From the IMG/VR virus record IMGVR_UViG_3300022752_000051: DNA of 20,000 nt; one strand, 5' to 3'. The notes under the pieces are model-generated. The model was not told the DNA's origin. It ran no database searches and saw only the letters and a list, made by a program, of their open reading frames with translations. A program made the position numbers and the translations under genes. This DNA is from an uncultured virus (IMG/VR IMGVR_UViG_3300022752_000051) (Duplodnaviria > Heunggongvirae > Uroviricota > Caudoviricetes). Within the stretch, counting starts at the first letter, position 1. Each line of letters starts with the position of its first letter. Shown in pieces: positions 17,042 through 20,000 of this stretch.

Positions 17042-17230
17042 ATGAATTTAGAAGAAGCAAGAGAAATTCTCAGAAGACATGGTAGACCTTTATGTGGATG
17101 TAAATATGGTAGTGGCCCGTACAATAACGCAAACGACAATATGATTCACGAAGCAACCAAAATACTTGAAGCAGAACAAGCATTAATTTCACAAAACAAT
17201 CCACCACAAGATATCCCAACACCAAACTGA
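17042..17230 (+). CDS. Small hypothetical protein
   Basis: 62 aa with an A-rich leader and a CGC motif. Confidence 0.65.
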   Translation: MNLEEAREILRRHGRPLCGCKYGSGPYNNANDNMIHEATKILEAEQALISQNNPPQDIPTPN

Positions 17231-17231
17231 T

Positions 17232-17414
17232 ATGTCACAAGAATACTATTTGATGGAAATGATTAATGAAGCTGAAGAGATGGGACTTAAGGATAAATTG
17301 TTCCGAGTGACTCAAACCACCGTAAGACAAAATCCTGAAGTTCCATACTCAGAGCACATCCGAAAAAACCTAGAAAACATAAAAAAAGAATACAAAAATG
17401 ACACAAATACTTAA
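17232..17414 (+). CDS. Small hypothetical protein
   Basis: 60 aa, starting 1 nt after the upstream stop. Confidence 0.65.
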   Translation: MSQEYYLMEMINEAEEMGLKDKLFRVTQTTVRQNPEVPYSEHIRKNLENIKKEYKNDTNT

Positions 17415-17508
17415 CTTCATTGGTGAAATAACCCTAAAACTTTTTGTAACCGCATTAGGCTTTACCGTATTACTTGGTATTGCTCTTGCATTATCAACTA
17501 TATTTTAA
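17398..17508 (+). CDS. Small membrane peptide (36 aa)
   Basis: MTQILNFIGEITLKLFVTALGFTVLLGIALALSTIF* has an A-rich start and fills the gap exactly. Confidence 0.55.
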   Translation: MTQILNFIGEITLKLFVTALGFTVLLGIALALSTIF

Positions 17509-17515
17509 AAATACT

Positions 17516-18121
17516 ATGAAAAAAATATCATTACTTTTAATTCTCCTGTTTGTTTCAATTATAGCATTCTCTCAATCTAAAAGGGATAGTGTTTATGTAA
17601 AGAATGCCATTTTCGAGATGGTTTATTCTGAGACTTTGGAACAACCAAAATGGGTCAAATACACGGTTCAGTGTTCAGAAAATACGGTTTCTCGTAAGGG
17701 TCTTGATTTCTATACCGAAAAAACCATTCATACATCAAACGGAGATGATTATGCAAAAAATGAATATGATAAAGGTCATATGGCACCAGCGGCAGCATTT
17801 GGATGTGACATTGTTTTACTCAAAATGACGTTTACGTATTTGAATTCAGCCTTACAGCATCAGTCACTCAACAGAGGCCCTTGGAAGGAACTGGAGGAAT
17901 ACGAAAGGACACTCGCAAAATCAACAAATGATGTCCAGGTTCATATTGTTTTGGAGTTTTCACCAAATCCATCAAAAGTACCGGGAGGAGCTTCAATACC
18001 CATAGGATTTTATAAAACTATATCATCAACTAAATTAGGGTTAAAATCGTGTTATTATTTCAGAAATGTTGATCCAGGAAAAAACAAAACGTTCCACCAA
18101 TTCCACACAAATTGTAATTAA
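17516..18121 (+). CDS. Secreted DNA/RNA non-specific endonuclease (NucA/Serratia-type His-Me fold)
   Basis: Signal peptide MKKISLLLILLFVSIIAFS|Q; P.WV.Y, DKGHMAPA, TF.YLN..LQ...LNRGPWKELE and IP.GFYK. Confidence 0.92.
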   Translation: MKKISLLLILLFVSIIAFSQSKRDSVYVKNAIFEMVYSETLEQPKWVKYTVQCSENTVSRKGLDFYTEKTIHTSNGDDYAKNEYDKGHMAPAAAFGCDIVLLKMTFTYLNSALQHQSLNRGPWKELEEYERTLAKSTNDVQVHIVLEFSPNPSKVPGGASIPIGFYKTISSTKLGLKSCYYFRNVDPGKNKTFHQFHTNCN

Positions 18122-18447
18122 TGACCTATCTCTTAGTATTTTTATTACAACTCACATTTAACATTTCCAAAGTATTTGAAATAAAATTTACACAAGAGGA
18201 TAAAACTAGAGAGTTGATGATCAACTCAGTCATTATTAATCTCATAGGTCTTTCTTCATCATTTGTATCAATTGATAGTTTGTTCAAAGGAGATTTTTGG
18301 ATCTTAATCTTTTACACATCTGGAAGTGCAATTGGAAAATGGATAGCAATGAAATACTACAAAACAAAAAATTCGATCACACTCAAAAAATTAACAACTA
18401 AAACCAAAAAAAAATTAAATTATGATTTATTTAGATTTCAACACTAA
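18121..18447 (+). CDS. Small multi-pass membrane protein (DUF5698-like)
   Basis: About three hydrophobic segments, Y..G.A.G.W motif and basic tail; translationally coupled to the nuclease gene (TAATG). Confidence 0.65.
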   Translation: MTYLLVFLLQLTFNISKVFEIKFTQEDKTRELMINSVIINLIGLSSSFVSIDSLFKGDFWILIFYTSGSAIGKWIAMKYYKTKNSITLKKLTTKTKKKLNYDLFRFQH

Positions 18448-18622
18448 AACAAGAGTTCTCAAAGTGAATGCCGATCATGTGGAAACAATTCAAGATGTAA
18501 TTACAATCCGCTGTGAAGGACATTTTTATGAAGTTATTCAATCATCAGATGATGGAATTAAAGCTCCAATTCTTAGGACACCAGTAAATCTTACGTTCAT
18601 TCGATACAGACACAGTGAATAA
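18422..18622 (+). CDS. Small hypothetical protein
   Basis: 66 aa beta-rich ORF in the operon. Confidence 0.7.
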   Translation: MIYLDFNTKTRVLKVNADHVETIQDVITIRCEGHFYEVIQSSDDGIKAPILRTPVNLTFIRYRHSE

Positions 18623-18623
18623 T

Positions 18624-18818
18624 ATGGAAAATCAATTCAAAACCATTTCCCAAGCTTACGAGAGGTATTACAACGACTATATGATGATCACTGCTGACCC
18701 TATGTCAAAAACTGAGTTTATTGCAAGAGTTGTGAATGATAAGTACTTTGCTGAAATATGGGGTGTTAACAAAATTATTGATGGACGAGAAACGTTCGAA
18801 CAAAAAAAAGAAGACTAA
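18624..18818 (+). CDS. Small hypothetical protein
   Basis: ATG 18624 (or GTG 18615); ...SKTEFI.....D..FAE.WG. Confidence 0.7.
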   Translation: MENQFKTISQAYERYYNDYMMITADPMSKTEFIARVVNDKYFAEIWGVNKIIDGRETFEQKKED

Positions 18819-18836
18819 AACTAAAAAACAAAAAAA

Positions 18837-19274
18837 ATGGAAAAAAAAGTAGAAGCAGGACATTCAATCAAGGTTCATTATGTCGGAACCACAAAAAATG
18901 GCAACGAGTTTGATAACTCATACAAGAGAGGTAGTACTCTAGATTTCGAAGTCGGATCTGGGCAAATGATTCCTGGGTTTGATAACGGAGTGGTTGGTAT
19001 GGTTGTAGGTGAAATGAAACAAGTAGAAATACCACCTAGTGAAGGTTATGGTGATCGTAGACCAGACGCAACTGTTCAGGTACTCAGAGAAAACTTTAAT
19101 AACTTAGATCAGTTTAACAAGGGTGATATGGTTCAAGGATCAACTCACGATGGAAGACCAATCCAAGCAATTATTGAAGATATCACTGAAGAATACGTGG
19201 TTTTAGATATGAACCATCCTCTGGCTGGTGAGACCTTAATTTTCGATATTGAACTTGTTGATATTGTATCTTAG
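18837..19274 (+). CDS. FKBP-type peptidyl-prolyl cis-trans isomerase (SlyD/SlpA-like, no His-rich tail)
   Basis: VHYVG...G.EFDNS, F.VG.GQMIPGFD, IPP.EGYG and DMNHPLAGETL.FDIELV. Confidence 0.95.
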   Translation: MEKKVEAGHSIKVHYVGTTKNGNEFDNSYKRGSTLDFEVGSGQMIPGFDNGVVGMVVGEMKQVEIPPSEGYGDRRPDATVQVLRENFNNLDQFNKGDMVQGSTHDGRPIQAIIEDITEEYVVLDMNHPLAGETLIFDIELVDIVS

Positions 19275-19588
19275 TAAAAAGATTGTGCGGTTTTGAAAAA
19301 GGCATCGATGAGTTCAAATACATCGATGTCTTTTTTTTGTTTTGCCTCAAACATAATCCTCATCAACTTTGTTTTGTTTGGTTTTGTAAGAAAACTTTCG
19401 ATATCATCAACTGATTCAAGATCAGTGTATTCTTTCAATTTGTTTAGTAATTCTTGGTTTGATTCCAGAAGTTCTCTCAAGTTTTGATAGTTTGATGATT
19501 GAAACTCTTGAAGATAATCGGTGGTTGACTTTTGCTCCATAAGGTTCATTAACCTCCTAAATCTGTTCTTTTGATATGTGGAAAACAT
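19271..19588 (-). CDS. Hypothetical helical protein; possible virion-associated protein
   Basis: 105 aa ORF with TATTTAT upstream and N-terminal RFRRLMNLME. Confidence 0.7.
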   Translation of the reverse strand: MFSTYQKNRFRRLMNLMEQKSTTDYLQEFQSSNYQNLRELLESNQELLNKLKEYTDLESVDDIESFLTKPNKTKLMRIMFEAKQKKDIDVFELIDAFFKTAQSFY

Positions 19589-19611
19589 TTTTTAAATTTA
19601 TTCATAAATAG

Positions 19612-19642
19612 TTTGTGAATTCAAAAATTCCTTGTATATTTG
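19612..19642 (+). promoter_or_regulatory. Bacteroidota-type promoter (-33/-7)
   Basis: TTTG at 19612-19615, 19-nt spacer, TATATTTG at 19635-19642; ATG at 19663. Confidence 0.75.
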
Positions 19643-19662
19643 TATCATAAAACAACAACGAA

Positions 19663-20000
19663 ATGACACAAGAATTTGTACCCTACGAACAAGCATTAGC
19701 ACTCAAAGAACTTGGTTTTGATGAACCTACGTCATTTTATTGGGAAGATAATATTATAAGACCATTACCAATGAAAGATGAAATTGGTGCTTTTCATTTT
19801 AACAGACACACTCATACAGAAAACGAGTGGATTTGTGCACCAACATTCTCACAAGCATTTAGATGGTTTAGAGAGAAGTGTAATTTATTTGGATGTATTG
19901 ATTTACATGTATGTAGCCCGTCTCATTGGTTTATAAGAGTTGATAAAATAGACATCAACGATTACTTATACCATTCAGAGGATGAACATATACAATATAA
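19663..20000 (+). CDS. Hypothetical phage protein (3'-truncated)
   Basis: MTQEFVPYEQALALKELGFDEP...APTFSQAFRWFREK..., open to the window end; I recall this pattern from Bacteroidota phage proteins. Confidence 0.8.
   Translation, partial: MTQEFVPYEQALALKELGFDEPTSFYWEDNIIRPLPMKDEIGAFHFNRHTHTENEWICAPTFSQAFRWFREKCNLFGCIDLHVCSPSHWFIRVDKIDINDYLYHSEDEHIQY

Noticed and set aside
5572..19487. Nested or antisense track ORFs overlapping well-supported genes (e.g. 5572-5913, 6197-6544, 7868-8101, 12444-12644, 16658-16906, 19293-19487)
   Set aside because: They lie wholly or almost wholly within better-supported genes and show no recognisable features.
1..20000. tRNA, rRNA, integrase, transposase or intron/intein
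   Set aside because: I saw no cloverleaf, recombinase or splicing motifs, and intergenic gaps are too short. A covariance-model search was not possible.

Overview
AT-rich, gene-dense window that reads as a large lytic phage genome with a probable Bacteroidota host, inferred from repeated TTTG-N19-20-TAnnTTTG promoters, A-rich starts without Shine-Dalgarno sequences and a Gln after a signal peptide. Bases 1-5463 hold one giant minus-strand ORF missing from the ORF track because it runs off the window: over 1821 codons of Cys-rich modules joined by Thr/Pro linkers. Next is a putative late or virion-associated block (pre-toxin-TG-like protein, Dps/ferritin-like protein, DHH phosphoesterase). Accessory enzymes follow: Nudix, DUF192, nitroreductase, pyrimidine-dimer glycosylase-like, GNAT and LpxH-like. 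An RNA-repair cluster comprises an Rnl1-type RNA ligase, a cyclic-phosphate-processing receiver domain, a metallophosphoesterase and a P-loop kinase. The window ends with a secreted nuclease and an FKBP PPIase. The top observation is that the kinase Walker A motif is split by an in-frame CCG-TAA-TAA-CCT directly after a strong hairpin, a candidate programmed ribosomal bypass or RNA-processing switch. All family calls come from motif recognition by eye; no searches were run.
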